A stretch of DNA of 64,000 nt from a virus, in IMG/VR virus record IMGVR_UViG_3300002835_000015, positions 94,799 to 158,798 of that record; one strand, 5' to 3'. The notes below the pieces were generated by a model that was not told the origin of the DNA, made no database searches, and saw only the letters and a program-made list of their open reading frames with translations. Positions 1 to 10,593 of the stretch are shown here, in pieces. Each line of letters opens with the position of its first letter. The first letter of the stretch is position 1. A program made the translations under genes and the position numbers.

Positions 1-143
1 ACTGATATTACTATATACCCCTTATTATCAATAGTACCTGCGATATCTCCCGCCTTTGTATATCCCAAATTAGGATTTATTTTCCAGAATATATTTCCAG
101 TGTTGGGGTCATATAATAACATTTCTTTTAAATTATATTGCAC
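1..143 (-). CDS. HNH-type homing endonuclease, N-terminal part (runs off window start)
   Basis: Not in ORF track. GTG at 143 overlaps the nrdA stop and reads (M)QYNLKEMLLYDPNTGNIFWKINPNLGYTKAGDIAGTIDNKGYIVIS, the typical N-terminus of phage HNH/AP2 endonucleases. Confidence 0.65.
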   Translation of the reverse strand, partial: MQYNLKEMLLYDPNTGNIFWKINPNLGYTKAGDIAGTIDNKGYIVIS

Positions 144-2367
144 AAGAACCACCCTCACAGGTAGATAACAAATCTTTTTCAGTATTACCATCAGAATCTG
201 GCGTATTGCAATAATAAAAGTTCTTTACACCATATTTATACCCCTGTATCTGATCTTTGATCAAAATACTCAAAGGAATATTGCCGTCAGGATAATGGGA
301 ATAATTATAGTATAAATTAACACTTATGCTCATATCAACAAATTTTTGTAACACTGCACAAATATTTAATATTGCTTTGTTGTTTGGCATTTCCCACGCT
401 AAAGTATAGTAATTTTTACGAGAAGCATAATTTGGCACTAATTGCTTGAGGATGCCGTTCTTAGCCTTTTTATAAGACATGAGGCTACGGACAGGTTCAA
501 TTCCATTTGTGCTGTTCTGGATGACGCTAGAGGACTCACAGGGCATTATAGCAGTCAGAGTAGAGTGTCTTAGACCATGAATTTTGATCCTAGCTCTCAA
601 ACCCTCCCAATCCATAATATACTCTGGCTTAACCAGTTCGTCAACTGTTTTTTTGTACCAATCGATTGGAAGCAATCCGCGAGAATATTTAGTCTCATTA
701 AATTTATTACATGGACCCTTGAGTTCAGCAAGTTTGCAGGACTCATTTAGTAAGTACCACTGAATTTTTTCCATGATTTCATGAACTAATCTTAATGTTT
801 CGGCATCATCATATTTTAGCTTGTGCTTTGCTAAAAATGCAGCAAAATTAGTAATACCAATTCCAAGTGATCTACGATTCTTTGTAAAGTTTTCACCAGC
901 CGCTACTGGATAATCTTGATAATCAATAATAGATTCTAAAGACTTTACAGCAATAGAGCAAGCTTTTTCTATGTCCTTGTTATCTTCCAGTTCAAGTAGG
1001 TTTAATGCTGACAGAATACAAATACCAATTTCGCCTTCTTTGTCATCTATAGATGATATTGGTTTAGTTGGATGGATAATTTCTTGACATAGATTACTCA
1101 TGTAAACTGGGGCATCCCATGATCCATGCTCATTAGCATTATCAATATTCATAACATAAATGCGACCAGTTTCTAATCTCTCTTTGGTAAAAATTTCAGC
1201 AAGCTTTCTTGCGTTAATTTTCTTCTTCATCTTTACGTAGCGAGCGTTTTCATATTTTTCATATAGCTTTTTGAAGTCTTCATTATTGTTCATAGAACTA
1301 TAAAGACCACCAGTTTCATGAGGACTCATTAGTGTAATGTCTTCATTTTTAATTAAACGCTCATAGAATAACTTGTTAAACTGAACAGAATAATCTAGCT
1401 TTCTTACTCTATTATCGTCAGTTCCCGCGTTATTCTTTAATGTCATTATATCTTCAATTTCATAGTGCCAAAATGGAATATGCACAGTAGCAGAACCACC
1501 ACGAATACCATTCTGACTTGTTGCTTTAACCGTTGACTCAAATATCTTTAAGTATGGGATAAGACCAGTATGAATTACTTCGCCGCCCCTAATGCTAGAG
1601 TTAATTGGGCGAATGCGGCCAATATTTAAACCAATGCCAGCCCTTCTTGCAGTATACTTTCCAACAGCGTGTACGCTTGAAAATATAGAATCAAGATCAT
1701 CTTCAACGTCTACTAGAACACAGCTAGCAAACTGTTTGATTTTAGTTCTTACTCCAGCCATGATTGGAGTTGGAAGATTAATCTTAAATGTAGAGAAACA
1801 TTCATATGCCTCTTCTACTTCCTCTACGGTATCAAATAAAGACATAGCGATTGCTACATAAGCAAACTGTGGTGTTTCATACATCTGTCCAGTAGACCTA
1901 TTCTTAATAAGATACTTATCTATCATTTGCTGTAATCCAGCATAAGTATATAAATAATCTCTATCATGATCCACGAACTTTTCAATCTGATCTATTTGTT
2001 CTTTACTCCACTTTGATAATAGAGTTTCATCATATATTTCAGCTTTTACATTACTAGATATATGAGACAACAAACTTGGTGGAGCATCATGGTTTTCCCA
2101 GAGATCTTTTCTAAGGGACATATTCAATAGTCTAGATGCAACATATTGATAGTTTGGCTTGCTGGGAGAAGTTAGATCGTTAGCAGACTTGATTAAGATT
2201 TGATGGATTTCTTCTGTGGTTATTCCATCTTTTAAAGAGAGGTTAGCATTCATCTCTATATCTGACCAAGAAACGTTAGCGATGTCTTTTATCGCCCACT
2301 CTACAACCTTATGAATCTTCTCAACTGTATAGACTTCGAAACTACCGTTCCTTTTTTGAACGCGCAT
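133..2367 (-). CDS. nrdA: Class Ia ribonucleoside-diphosphate reductase alpha subunit with N-terminal ATP cone
   Basis: VQKRNGS ATP cone; PTPIMAG, FASCVL, SNLCQEI (thiyl Cys), MPCESSS motifs; C-terminal CxxxxC. Confidence 0.97.
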   Translation of the reverse strand: MRVQKRNGSFEVYTVEKIHKVVEWAIKDIANVSWSDIEMNANLSLKDGITTEEIHQILIKSANDLTSPSKPNYQYVASRLLNMSLRKDLWENHDAPPSLLSHISSNVKAEIYDETLLSKWSKEQIDQIEKFVDHDRDYLYTYAGLQQMIDKYLIKNRSTGQMYETPQFAYVAIAMSLFDTVEEVEEAYECFSTFKINLPTPIMAGVRTKIKQFASCVLVDVEDDLDSIFSSVHAVGKYTARRAGIGLNIGRIRPINSSIRGGEVIHTGLIPYLKIFESTVKATSQNGIRGGSATVHIPFWHYEIEDIMTLKNNAGTDDNRVRKLDYSVQFNKLFYERLIKNEDITLMSPHETGGLYSSMNNNEDFKKLYEKYENARYVKMKKKINARKLAEIFTKERLETGRIYVMNIDNANEHGSWDAPVYMSNLCQEIIHPTKPISSIDDKEGEIGICILSALNLLELEDNKDIEKACSIAVKSLESIIDYQDYPVAAGENFTKNRRSLGIGITNFAAFLAKHKLKYDDAETLRLVHEIMEKIQWYLLNESCKLAELKGPCNKFNETKYSRGLLPIDWYKKTVDELVKPEYIMDWEGLRARIKIHGLRHSTLTAIMPCESSSVIQNSTNGIEPVRSLMSYKKAKNGILKQLVPNYASRKNYYTLAWEMPNNKAILNICAVLQKFVDMSISVNLYYNYSHYPDGNIPLSILIKDQIQGYKYGVKNFYYCNTPDSDGNTEKDLLSTCEGGSCAI

Positions 2368-2393
2368 AATCCCCTCTTTCTTTTAATCAACTA

Positions 2394-3032
2394 TCAATAT
2401 TCGTTAAAAAGTTTTCTAAACAATCTTTCAAGTATAAACTTTAATATAACGGGCAAAACAACATAGATTAGCAAGAATGATAGTATAACAGACCCATGAA
2501 TTACTTCTGGATCTTGTTTTACATTAGACATTACGAAGTCTTTGCAGTCTCTTTTTAGTTGCCTCTTGCTATATTTGTCACACTCCGCAAAGTTCATTCC
2601 GCCTTGGCTAGCTATTGTAGCCCATTCGTTGCCATACTGCAAACATTTTTTGGCTAAAAAGTTTCTTTCTTCGTCTGCGTATTCAGCATCAATCTGAGCT
2701 TCTATGTCGCTAGTGTCGAAAGAACCACCAAACAGAGTTTCTGAGTTTTCATCATAGGAAAACTTGATATCTGGAAGGTATCTCAACTTTAGTGTACCAC
2801 CATCTTTACCCAAAGTCAAGCCCTGTACGTAAGCACTTAACTTTATGTACTTTTTCCAAGTGACTTTTGGGAGAGATTCAGTAAATGAAAGAATGATATT
2901 TTCAGAGGTATCTTTTATGACTTTAATATCTAATGGTTGGGGGAAACTTATATTTAGATTTTTAATGTCATAACCATTCTTTGAAAAGATAAAATCAACA
3001 ATCTGTTTAATTTGTAAAATTGGTATTGCCAT
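2394..3032 (-). CDS. Hypothetical protein with C-terminal transmembrane helix
   Basis: 212-aa ORF; hydrophobic C-terminal segment. Confidence 0.7.
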   Translation of the reverse strand: MAIPILQIKQIVDFIFSKNGYDIKNLNISFPQPLDIKVIKDTSENIILSFTESLPKVTWKKYIKLSAYVQGLTLGKDGGTLKLRYLPDIKFSYDENSETLFGGSFDTSDIEAQIDAEYADEERNFLAKKCLQYGNEWATIASQGGMNFAECDKYSKRQLKRDCKDFVMSNVKQDPEVIHGSVILSFLLIYVVLPVILKFILERLFRKLFNEY

Positions 3033-3033
3033 A

Positions 3034-3513
3034 TTAATTTTTCTGTATTAGTGACCAAGCCAAGCCCATAAATCTATCTGAGATTTTATTTTTTTCTTCA
3101 TCTGTTAGTTTATGATTGTCATCACCACCAGCGGCAGAAGTAATTAAATCTATGATAGCGACATCTAAATCTTTATACTTATCGTTCATAGCCCCTTCAA
3201 AGAATCCACTTGCAGATAATGCTAGCACATCATTTACTTGTTGTAACTGAGCGTCATAGGTTTTTACCCTACTAGCAAACTCTTGACTATATATAGCCAT
3301 CTTTGCTCTATCGGTAGGGTCAGTAATTAATGATGATACCGGTTTAACAAGTTCTATTATTTCATCGCTTGGGCGATCTATATTTAGAATAGCAACATCG
3401 GGCTTTGGAAAAACTGGAATTAAATTTAATACCGGTTTGTATAAAGCTAAACCTAGTAAAACTAGTGCTATAAGATTTCTAACCTTAAGAAACTTTTCCA
3501 TCGTTGTCCTCAA
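3034..3513 (-). CDS. Hypothetical membrane-anchored protein
   Basis: N-terminal hydrophobic helix; tight operon packing. Confidence 0.7.
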   Translation of the reverse strand: MRTTMEKFLKVRNLIALVLLGLALYKPVLNLIPVFPKPDVAILNIDRPSDEIIELVKPVSSLITDPTDRAKMAIYSQEFASRVKTYDAQLQQVNDVLALSASGFFEGAMNDKYKDLDVAIIDLITSAAGGDDNHKLTDEEKNKISDRFMGLAWSLIQKN

Positions 3514-3760
3514 TTACTTTGTTTAATAGTGGAAATACTTCGTCTAATTTCTCAGACGCTACGGTTAAATGGTATTCATCGCATTTATTTTTTAGCTGAT
3601 ACCATAAACTAACTATTTCCAAAAATCCCTCTTCTTTGTTCTCTACAACTTTGACTTTAGACTTAGCAAATAATCTAGATACCCAGTATGGAATATCTAC
3701 AAAGTTAGTTGCTAATATAAGTAAAGCAATTACAATCAACCAAACATTCCACGATTCCAT
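3485..3760 (-). CDS. Small membrane protein
   Basis: N-terminal TM segment. Confidence 0.65.
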   Translation of the reverse strand: MESWNVWLIVIALLILATNFVDIPYWVSRLFAKSKVKVVENKEEGFLEIVSLWYQLKNKCDEYHLTVASEKLDEVFPLLNKVIEDNDGKVS

Positions 3761-3764
3761 CTTA

Positions 3765-4070
3765 TTACCTCTTTAAATTAGTGGTCTTTGCATGAAATGG
3801 ACACACTGTTTTATGACCATCTCCTTGAACTATTATTCCCGTGCCTTTGCAAACGCATTTGGCTGGGTCTGGATCAGTATCCACAACGGGCTGTGGTTTT
3901 GGATCTACCTTAAAAACCTCTTTTTCTGCGTTATCAAAAGCTGCTTTACACTTCTCTTGCCACTCCGTTACGTAAGAAGAGTACATATTTGTTATATCTT
4001 CTGGATTGACAGAAAACATATTATTTGAGCATCCAGCTAATAATAATGCTAATAGTATATATTTATTCAT
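3765..4070 (-). CDS. Putative lipoprotein with C-terminal Cys cluster
   Basis: Lipobox-like LLLAGC; CVCKGTG...CPFH. Confidence 0.65.
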   Translation of the reverse strand: MNKYILLALLLAGCSNNMFSVNPEDITNMYSSYVTEWQEKCKAAFDNAEKEVFKVDPKPQPVVDTDPDPAKCVCKGTGIIVQGDGHKTVCPFHAKTTNLKR

Positions 4071-4078
4071 TGTAATTC

Positions 4079-5377
4079 CTAGTATAAAGTGAATGAAGAC
4101 AAATCAATTGTTGTTACAGTATATGAACTACCAGATCTATTATTTCTTGTCCAAAGTAGATTCATATTAGTATTTAATGTACTTATAAAATTACTATAGA
4201 ATGGTCCACTGTCTGGTCCGGTCCATGTTATTATCAAAACCAATTGATTATTGATGATTAAAAATGATGGGTTACCACTATCTCCACCGATTATTGATTC
4301 ATGAAATAATATTCTATTTGGGTATGTATTATAATAACTATTATTGGGATCAAGATAATTTTGTGTTGGTTGCTGTGTATATGCGGAACTGCCCGTTGGG
4401 TCCACGTATAGAAATTCTTTTACTAAAGCTTTTTCTTCTTGATCTAAAGATAGCATTGGAAGTCTGTAGATGGTATAAGTACCACTTTTATTTCTATAAA
4501 TTGTAGGTAAATATATAGACCAATTAGAAGGAAGTAATTTGGCAAAACTAATGGAATTTGGTACGTCAGAATCTAAAAGTCCCAAATAAATATCACTAGT
4601 CAATGTTGGCATTTTGTCTATTAATGTTCTTTCTATAACGACATTATCATTAGTAACAAATCTAACTTTAGCCCCGATATCTATTTCATAATGAGTAGCA
4701 AAAACTAAGTGACTTGGGCTAATTAGAGTTCCAGCTCTAGTATTTGATCCAGTTGTATTCCAAGGACTTATGCAAGTTAAATCTAAATCATAAGCCCAAC
4801 AATTAGTATTTCTAACGTATGTAGAAGTTGAATGGTTTTGAGTACTATAAATATCTTTTGCTATAGTTGGGTTTTTATTTAATAGTCTATTATCGACGCT
4901 ATCAGAACAATTTTTTGCTAAACTACCAGATGTAAATTCACAAAAAGCATCTATTTGTCCACCTATATTACAATTGACATTTACTTCTGCAATGTTAAAA
5001 TCAGATGTATTTATTCCACTTGCTATAATTTTTACTGCTCTTTTAGAAGTGCTTCCCGTTGGCACTCCAGAACATATATAGTTGTTAGGATTTAAATTTG
5101 ATAAAATACTGTTATCTGTACTATATACAGTAACTGATATATCATCTTGTTTATATAATATTATATTAAAATCAGTTATAGTAGATGAATTAGTAGATCT
5201 GAATACTGTAGCGTCATAATTCGTAGTATAACCAGAGCCAGTAGAAACTAATATCCTATCTTGGGGCTGTGCTGTGATTTTTACTCTATCTCCACCAATA
5301 TCTGGTTTTTTAAACAGATAAGATGAATTCTCAGATATAGAACCACAATTGAGAGGTATATTTTGAGCTTCTATCAT
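4079..5377 (-). CDS. Trypsin-like serine protease domain protein (paralog of 6691-7902)
   Basis: LISPSHLVFATHY (His), DIYLG (Asp), GGDSGNP (Ser). Confidence 0.75.
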   Translation of the reverse strand: MIEAQNIPLNCGSISENSSYLFKKPDIGGDRVKITAQPQDRILVSTGSGYTTNYDATVFRSTNSSTITDFNIILYKQDDISVTVYSTDNSILSNLNPNNYICSGVPTGSTSKRAVKIIASGINTSDFNIAEVNVNCNIGGQIDAFCEFTSGSLAKNCSDSVDNRLLNKNPTIAKDIYSTQNHSTSTYVRNTNCWAYDLDLTCISPWNTTGSNTRAGTLISPSHLVFATHYEIDIGAKVRFVTNDNVVIERTLIDKMPTLTSDIYLGLLDSDVPNSISFAKLLPSNWSIYLPTIYRNKSGTYTIYRLPMLSLDQEEKALVKEFLYVDPTGSSAYTQQPTQNYLDPNNSYYNTYPNRILFHESIIGGDSGNPSFLIINNQLVLIITWTGPDSGPFYSNFISTLNTNMNLLWTRNNRSGSSYTVTTIDLSSFTLY

Positions 5378-6681
5378 TATGGTGTTCCATAGCTAGCTTG
5401 ACAGTAATTTACTGCCGCTACCCATCTAATATTTTTAGTTGCTAATCCAGTAACTCTAATAGACAATCCTCCATTTGTAGCATCTGCTGCTACGCTGGCT
5501 AAAGCCGAAGTCATACCAGCATCTTTCCAGCTTGTTTCAGTGGGTGTTTCAATCAAAGCGGTAGTACTAGCACCAACCCCTCTTTTAATACCTCCAACAA
5601 AATTCCATACGGCTGAAGAAGTATCCGTGTCATTATAAGCACTAATTTGTATGTTAAAATTTACCGTAGTTTTATCTGGTAAAAATATAAAATTTCTTGA
5701 AGTCGTGTTACTTGGAGATGTTACTAGAGATGCAGATCCATTTGCCGTTAAAATTACATTTGATGTATTACTTGAGGTTTCAGTTCTTAGCACTATGGTT
5801 GATCGCTGTGCATCTCCAGCAGAAGCAAAACTACCACCAGCCTGTGCCACTTCTCCATATAAAGTAGTTTTTGCGGATATACCACCTAAAATAGATGAAT
5901 ATATTCCGCTAGCAATATTGTTTTGACCGTTAATGATGCTAGAATAGTTAGCAGTTGCTGTGTTTTGATTCCCATTTCCAATAAAAGTATAATCTGAAAT
6001 AGCAGAATGACCAAATCCATTTATAATAGAAGAATAAGTTCCTCTGCTCATATTAAAAGTTCCATTACATATCAACCCATAGTTAGGAGACGTTACAGTA
6101 TTTCTTAAACCAGTGATTATGGTAGCGTTACTAGAGGCTGGTGATCCAGCAGTATTTCTATCTCCATTAAGAATAGATGTATAAACACCGCTACCAACAC
6201 AGCCATTACCAGATAAAATTGTTATATTATAACCACTTGCAGTACAAGTATTAGCGTGATAAATACCATTATAGTTAAAACTTGAACCAAGCAGTGATGA
6301 AATTATTGAGTTTCCTGATCCCAAGCATAGATTTCCGCTTCCTAATATATTGTTAAATTTTGTAGTATTATTACCAGAGATTTCAACTATTGGGGATGAG
6401 ATTACTATTCCGCCAACTGTAGATCCATCACCAACATATAGTTTTTTAGTATCGGTTGTCCATAACGGTTCTGCTACCGATGGAGTTACCAATAGTCTTT
6501 CTGAATCAAGACCCTGCTTTAATTGCAAAGTTGCAGCTTGATTTAGTACAGAACTTCTTAATGTGCTGGCAGAAACTTTTTTTGTTATTGCTTGATCATT
6601 TGGGCTATCCACCATAACAAAAAGATCATCATCTGTTACAGATGATACTGATGGTAACTGCGTTATTTTTACAACACCCAT
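5377..6681 (-). CDS. Tail-fibre/receptor-binding-like protein
   Basis: N-terminal KITQLP...DDLFVMVD and major-tropism-determinant-like LQLKQG...EPLWTTDTKKLYVGDG; SIINGxxN beta-helix-like repeats. Confidence 0.7.
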   Translation of the reverse strand: MGVVKITQLPSVSSVTDDDLFVMVDSPNDQAITKKVSASTLRSSVLNQAATLQLKQGLDSERLLVTPSVAEPLWTTDTKKLYVGDGSTVGGIVISSPIVEISGNNTTKFNNILGSGNLCLGSGNSIISSLLGSSFNYNGIYHANTCTASGYNITILSGNGCVGSGVYTSILNGDRNTAGSPASSNATIITGLRNTVTSPNYGLICNGTFNMSRGTYSSIINGFGHSAISDYTFIGNGNQNTATANYSSIINGQNNIASGIYSSILGGISAKTTLYGEVAQAGGSFASAGDAQRSTIVLRTETSSNTSNVILTANGSASLVTSPSNTTSRNFIFLPDKTTVNFNIQISAYNDTDTSSAVWNFVGGIKRGVGASTTALIETPTETSWKDAGMTSALASVAADATNGGLSIRVTGLATKNIRWVAAVNYCQASYGTP

Positions 6682-6690
6682 ATTAAACTC

Positions 6691-7902
6691 CTAATAAGAT
6701 AAAAAAGATGAAAGATCTATTTCAGTTAGTTGATACCCACCGCCAAGCTGAGACATCATTGTGTTGATAGCATTTTTTCTTTGAGTTATAAATGTACCCA
6801 AACTAGAACTAGTCCAAACTGTAAGAACTACTAATTGATTGTTAATTATTAGAAATGATGGACTACCAGAATCTCCGCCAATAATATCTTCATAAAATGA
6901 TAATCTAAAAGAATTTGTCGGGCGCATCAGTACAACTTGATTAGATATTGCATATAAATCAGCAACCATAGCTTTTTTTTCTTGATCCGTTATTAAAACT
7001 GGAAGTTTTATTGGATGAGAAATAGAAGGTAAATACGATGTCCAGTTTTCTGGCAAAATTTTAGCAAATGATATACTATTAGGAACATCAGAATTTAATA
7101 CACCAATAGTTATATCTGGATAATATGGAGTGTATGAAGGATCTGTTTGCAATGTTTCAATAGTTCTATTAATAACAATATTGTCTGATGTGACATATCT
7201 TATTGTTGTTCCTACTGGTGGTTGATAGTGGGCGGCAAATAAAACATGACGAGGAGAAATAAGTACTCCCGCCATATTATTGCCACCATATGAGTTCCAT
7301 GGACTTATGCACGTTAAATCTATGTCTGAAACCCAACATCCTGTATTTCTAATATAAATATTAGATGAGTTGTTTATATTAGAAAAAATAGGTTTTGAGT
7401 AACCGGGAACTTTGTTGCTTATACGACTGTCGATGGCATCAGTAGTATTTTTTGCTAATGAATTATTAGCCCAACTGTTAAAAGAGTCTATATTTCCAGA
7501 ATATGTTTTTTGAGCATACAGTCCTATTGCTGATGTTTCACCATCATTAGATATTGCTGTAATAGTACAATATCCATCATTCTGATACGTAGCTATTCCA
7601 CCATTATTATTTATAGTTAATACAGATGGATTGGATGATGAAAATTTAACAAGGCTATTGAATGTAGATTGATTGAATATATTTTGTATAGTAAAATCTG
7701 TAACATATTCAGCACTAGTTTGCCTATTGAGCATTTTATCTTTATCATAAGCTATAGAATTAGAGCCAGACACTGTAATTCTATTTATGACATTACCTAC
7801 AATGTCAAAAGATCTATCGCTAATCCTTTTTTTAGCATAATTATTGAAGTTTACGGTTGATGCTAAACCGCAGTTAATTGGATGATTTACAGATGGATAC
7901 AT
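6691..7902 (-). CDS. Ig-like (Big_2-like) plus trypsin-like serine protease protein
   Basis: FSSSNPSVLTI...CTITA Ig-like segment; LISPRHVLFAAHY, DITIG, GGDSGSP catalytic triad motifs. Confidence 0.78.
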   Translation of the reverse strand: MYPSVNHPINCGLASTVNFNNYAKKRISDRSFDIVGNVINRITVSGSNSIAYDKDKMLNRQTSAEYVTDFTIQNIFNQSTFNSLVKFSSSNPSVLTINNNGGIATYQNDGYCTITAISNDGETSAIGLYAQKTYSGNIDSFNSWANNSLAKNTTDAIDSRISNKVPGYSKPIFSNINNSSNIYIRNTGCWVSDIDLTCISPWNSYGGNNMAGVLISPRHVLFAAHYQPPVGTTIRYVTSDNIVINRTIETLQTDPSYTPYYPDITIGVLNSDVPNSISFAKILPENWTSYLPSISHPIKLPVLITDQEKKAMVADLYAISNQVVLMRPTNSFRLSFYEDIIGGDSGSPSFLIINNQLVVLTVWTSSSLGTFITQRKNAINTMMSQLGGGYQLTEIDLSSFLSY

Positions 7903-7903
7903 A

Positions 7904-9409
7904 TTAGTTAGTAGTTAGTGTTACTCCTCTGGTTACTAATGCTTTTGCACTAGAGCCAGCTTTAATGATAGTGGCTGTGCCAGCACCAGTTGCTGTTTGA
8001 GATGATATAGTATAAGTAAATTGATTACTATTAGTTACCGTAATAACAGCATACCTGTTTGCATTTGTAGCTGTTGTAATTCCACTGACTCTTAATACAT
8101 CTCCACTGAGATATCCATGATTAGTTAAATTTACAGTACAAGTTGTACCAGAACAAACGAAATTTGAACCATTGGTAGTAATACTGCCTAAATTTGAAGG
8201 AGATGCGCTAGACCCTCCACTAATATTGATACTTCTTGCATTAGGAGATCCATAAGATGTTGTTCCATTAGTTCCATCCATGTATGCGAATGTTGCTAAT
8301 AAATTATCAACACTACTTTGATTTAGCGAAGCATTAGTTATAGACACATTCAAACCACAACTTTTCCATGTTCCAAGAGAAGGAAGAGTTAGTGTTTGTA
8401 AAACGGGGGTTGTGAATGTTATGGTACTAGAAAAAGAACTCCCTACCGCTACTATCGATGGAATAGATATTGATGTCATAGAAGACGAAGAGATATTAAA
8501 ATTTCCACCGTTGCTAGTAACAACATACTGTAATGATGGTAGAGATAAAGAGCTTAAGCTGTTTGCTGTTAAATTAAAATAATCAATAGTATTTAATAAT
8601 GGTAAGCTTATTGATGTCAAGTTTGAGCCAGTAAATAATAAATATTTTGCATAAGTGAGCTTTGGCATTTGAAAAGACGTTAGAGCATTTGCTGTTAATC
8701 CAAAATTCCCAGTAATATGTACAATTTCTGGTAATGACAGAGTTGTTAAACTATTCATCGTAGTAGAATCAAACAAATTTCCATTTATATATTTAAAATT
8801 ATTTAGTAATATGCTTGTAAGATTAGTGACAGTACCCATAGTAGAAAATAAATTACCGGTAAGACCTTCTATGTTGGATGAAATAGTAGCTATTCTACCA
8901 TCAACAAAATCTTGATTATTATAGAGGGGCCACGAACCTTCAACCCACGGTCCTGTTCCTGTTAACACATTTCCATTTATTGTCATTATGTTTTTAGGAA
9001 AAGTAATAAGGGCTGCATTCCTTGAATATATTGGAGTAGACCCTGTGATAGTCGTCGTTAGTGCAGGTATGCTTTCAGAAAAACTTATTGGCACACCTCC
9101 TTGTGTAATACCATCACCCATTCGTAATACTTTGGAGTCGGTAGCCCATAAAGGCTCACCTTCTAATGGAGTTATTGCATTAACTTCTGCTAATGTTCCT
9201 CTACGAATTTGTAAATTAGCTGGAGATGTAATATCAACCCACTGATTATTGCGGCGACCATATGTAATAGTGCCAGATGGTGCATCAACATCCTTCCATA
9301 ATATTTTTTTAGTTACAGGTGTTCCATCTGGATTATCTACCATTACCAAAACATCGTCTGGAGTTATAGAGGAACTAGATGGTAATTGGTGTATTCTTGT
9401 GACAACCAT
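7904..9409 (-). CDS. Tail-fibre/receptor-binding-like protein with Leu-rich SLPxL repeats
   Basis: Same N-terminal module as 5377-6681 (RIHQLP...DDVLVMVD; LQIRRGT...GEPLWATDSKVLRMGDG); repeated LTSISLPxL solenoid. Confidence 0.7.
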   Translation of the reverse strand: MVVTRIHQLPSSSSITPDDVLVMVDNPDGTPVTKKILWKDVDAPSGTITYGRRNNQWVDITSPANLQIRRGTLAEVNAITPLEGEPLWATDSKVLRMGDGITQGGVPISFSESIPALTTTITGSTPIYSRNAALITFPKNIMTINGNVLTGTGPWVEGSWPLYNNQDFVDGRIATISSNIEGLTGNLFSTMGTVTNLTSILLNNFKYINGNLFDSTTMNSLTTLSLPEIVHITGNFGLTANALTSFQMPKLTYAKYLLFTGSNLTSISLPLLNTIDYFNLTANSLSSLSLPSLQYVVTSNGGNFNISSSSMTSISIPSIVAVGSSFSSTITFTTPVLQTLTLPSLGTWKSCGLNVSITNASLNQSSVDNLLATFAYMDGTNGTTSYGSPNARSINISGGSSASPSNLGSITTNGSNFVCSGTTCTVNLTNHGYLSGDVLRVSGITTATNANRYAVITVTNSNQFTYTISSQTATGAGTATIIKAGSSAKALVTRGVTLTTN

Positions 9410-9410
9410 C

Positions 9411-9659
9411 TTAAACTCCTAATATGCCAGAAGATCCGGTAGTATAATAAGTAACGTCATCAAATCTATCTTTTAGTCTGTTTTCTATAGCTGTATATGA
9501 ATAAGATTTCTCATATTCAAATGGACTTATAAGAGCTTGATAATTGCCACTCCCACTAACTGGCTTTCCGAACCAGCAATATACAACGGCTGAACCGTTT
9601 TGAATTGTTTCTCTACCAGAAACTACATTAGTGATTACATCTGTTGTTGAAATTGGCAT
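9411..9659 (-). CDS. Hypothetical protein (likely virion-associated)
   Basis: 82-aa ORF in structural operon. Confidence 0.55.
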   Translation of the reverse strand: MPISTTDVITNVVSGRETIQNGSAVVYCWFGKPVSGSGNYQALISPFEYEKSYSYTAIENRLKDRFDDVTYYTTGSSGILGV

Positions 9660-9672
9660 ATTTTACCCCTTT

Positions 9673-10593
9673 TTAGAATTGATCTTTTAATGTCCAAATT
9701 ACTTTTCTTGGAGGAAAGCCGTCTACATCACTAAATACCCAAGAGCCATTCTGTGCTAACATTTCTGCTGCATCTCGTTCTCTTATCCAGAAACTTCCAT
9801 CTGGTTGATCTAAACGCTTCTCACCATTATTCCAAACCCCCCAAGAGTTTTGGACTAAGAATAGTGTTTCATTATAAATTTCATGAGTATCATCCATCCC
9901 AATCCAAGCCATCGCGTGACCCCATGATCCAGATCGGGCGGCAATACCATTCTTATCTCTTCTAGAACTAAATCCAGAATTACTGCATACACTAATAGAA
10001 TAACCGTTGGCTATTGCATCTCTGGCTTGATCTATTGTGTTAATTAAACTGATAGTCTTAACTTGATGTTTCTTTGCTGCTTTTACTAATTCTTCTGGAA
10101 CACCAGTACGACCCCATCTGCCACCAATAGCACTATATGTTGAAAGATCATAATCTCCGTACTTTTGACGAAGTAATATTCCTCCATTTTGGTGGACGAA
10201 TTTAGCAGCACCACCACAAGTCATACCTTCACCGCCGTGTCCGCGTGAACCATAAATACCTTCAGTAGCACCACGGGCCACAAACTCTTCTCGTTGTCCA
10301 TTTATAATTTCACAACTGCGTGTAATATCTACGCTATTTCGCGTTGCATGTGAAACACAATCTCCTTGGACTTGCCTTTCTGATGGACCAAAAGAGGGAT
10401 CAAACTTCAAGAGAGACTTAAACGGTAGGGATAGTTTTCCTTTTCCAGTACCATATAAATCATGTGCTGCCACACCAAATAGTGGATGTGGCAGTTCTCC
10501 TAAGAGCTTGTCCAACTCTTTTGGGTCACAGTATGATCCTACAAAGCCATCTTTATAGGCTTTTAATAAATCTTTCGGTGTCTTGAACATCAC
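9673..10593 (-). CDS. Papain-like (C1 family) cysteine peptidase
   Basis: QVQGDCVSHA (Gln/Cys), GHAMAWIG (His), QNSWG (Asn). Confidence 0.85.
   Translation of the reverse strand: MMFKTPKDLLKAYKDGFVGSYCDPKELDKLLGELPHPLFGVAAHDLYGTGKGKLSLPFKSLLKFDPSFGPSERQVQGDCVSHATRNSVDITRSCEIINGQREEFVARGATEGIYGSRGHGGEGMTCGGAAKFVHQNGGILLRQKYGDYDLSTYSAIGGRWGRTGVPEELVKAAKKHQVKTISLINTIDQARDAIANGYSISVCSNSGFSSRRDKNGIAARSGSWGHAMAWIGMDDTHEIYNETLFLVQNSWGVWNNGEKRLDQPDGSFWIRERDAAEMLAQNGSWVFSDVDGFPPRKVIWTLKDQF

Noticed and set aside
133-2367. Intron or intein in nrdA given the adjacent HNH gene
   Set aside because: NrdA is continuous and of normal length; the HNH gene is free-standing downstream
4079-9409. Diversity-generating retroelement targeting the Mtd-like fibres
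   Set aside because: No reverse transcriptase and no TR/VR adenine-mismatch repeat pair seen in this window
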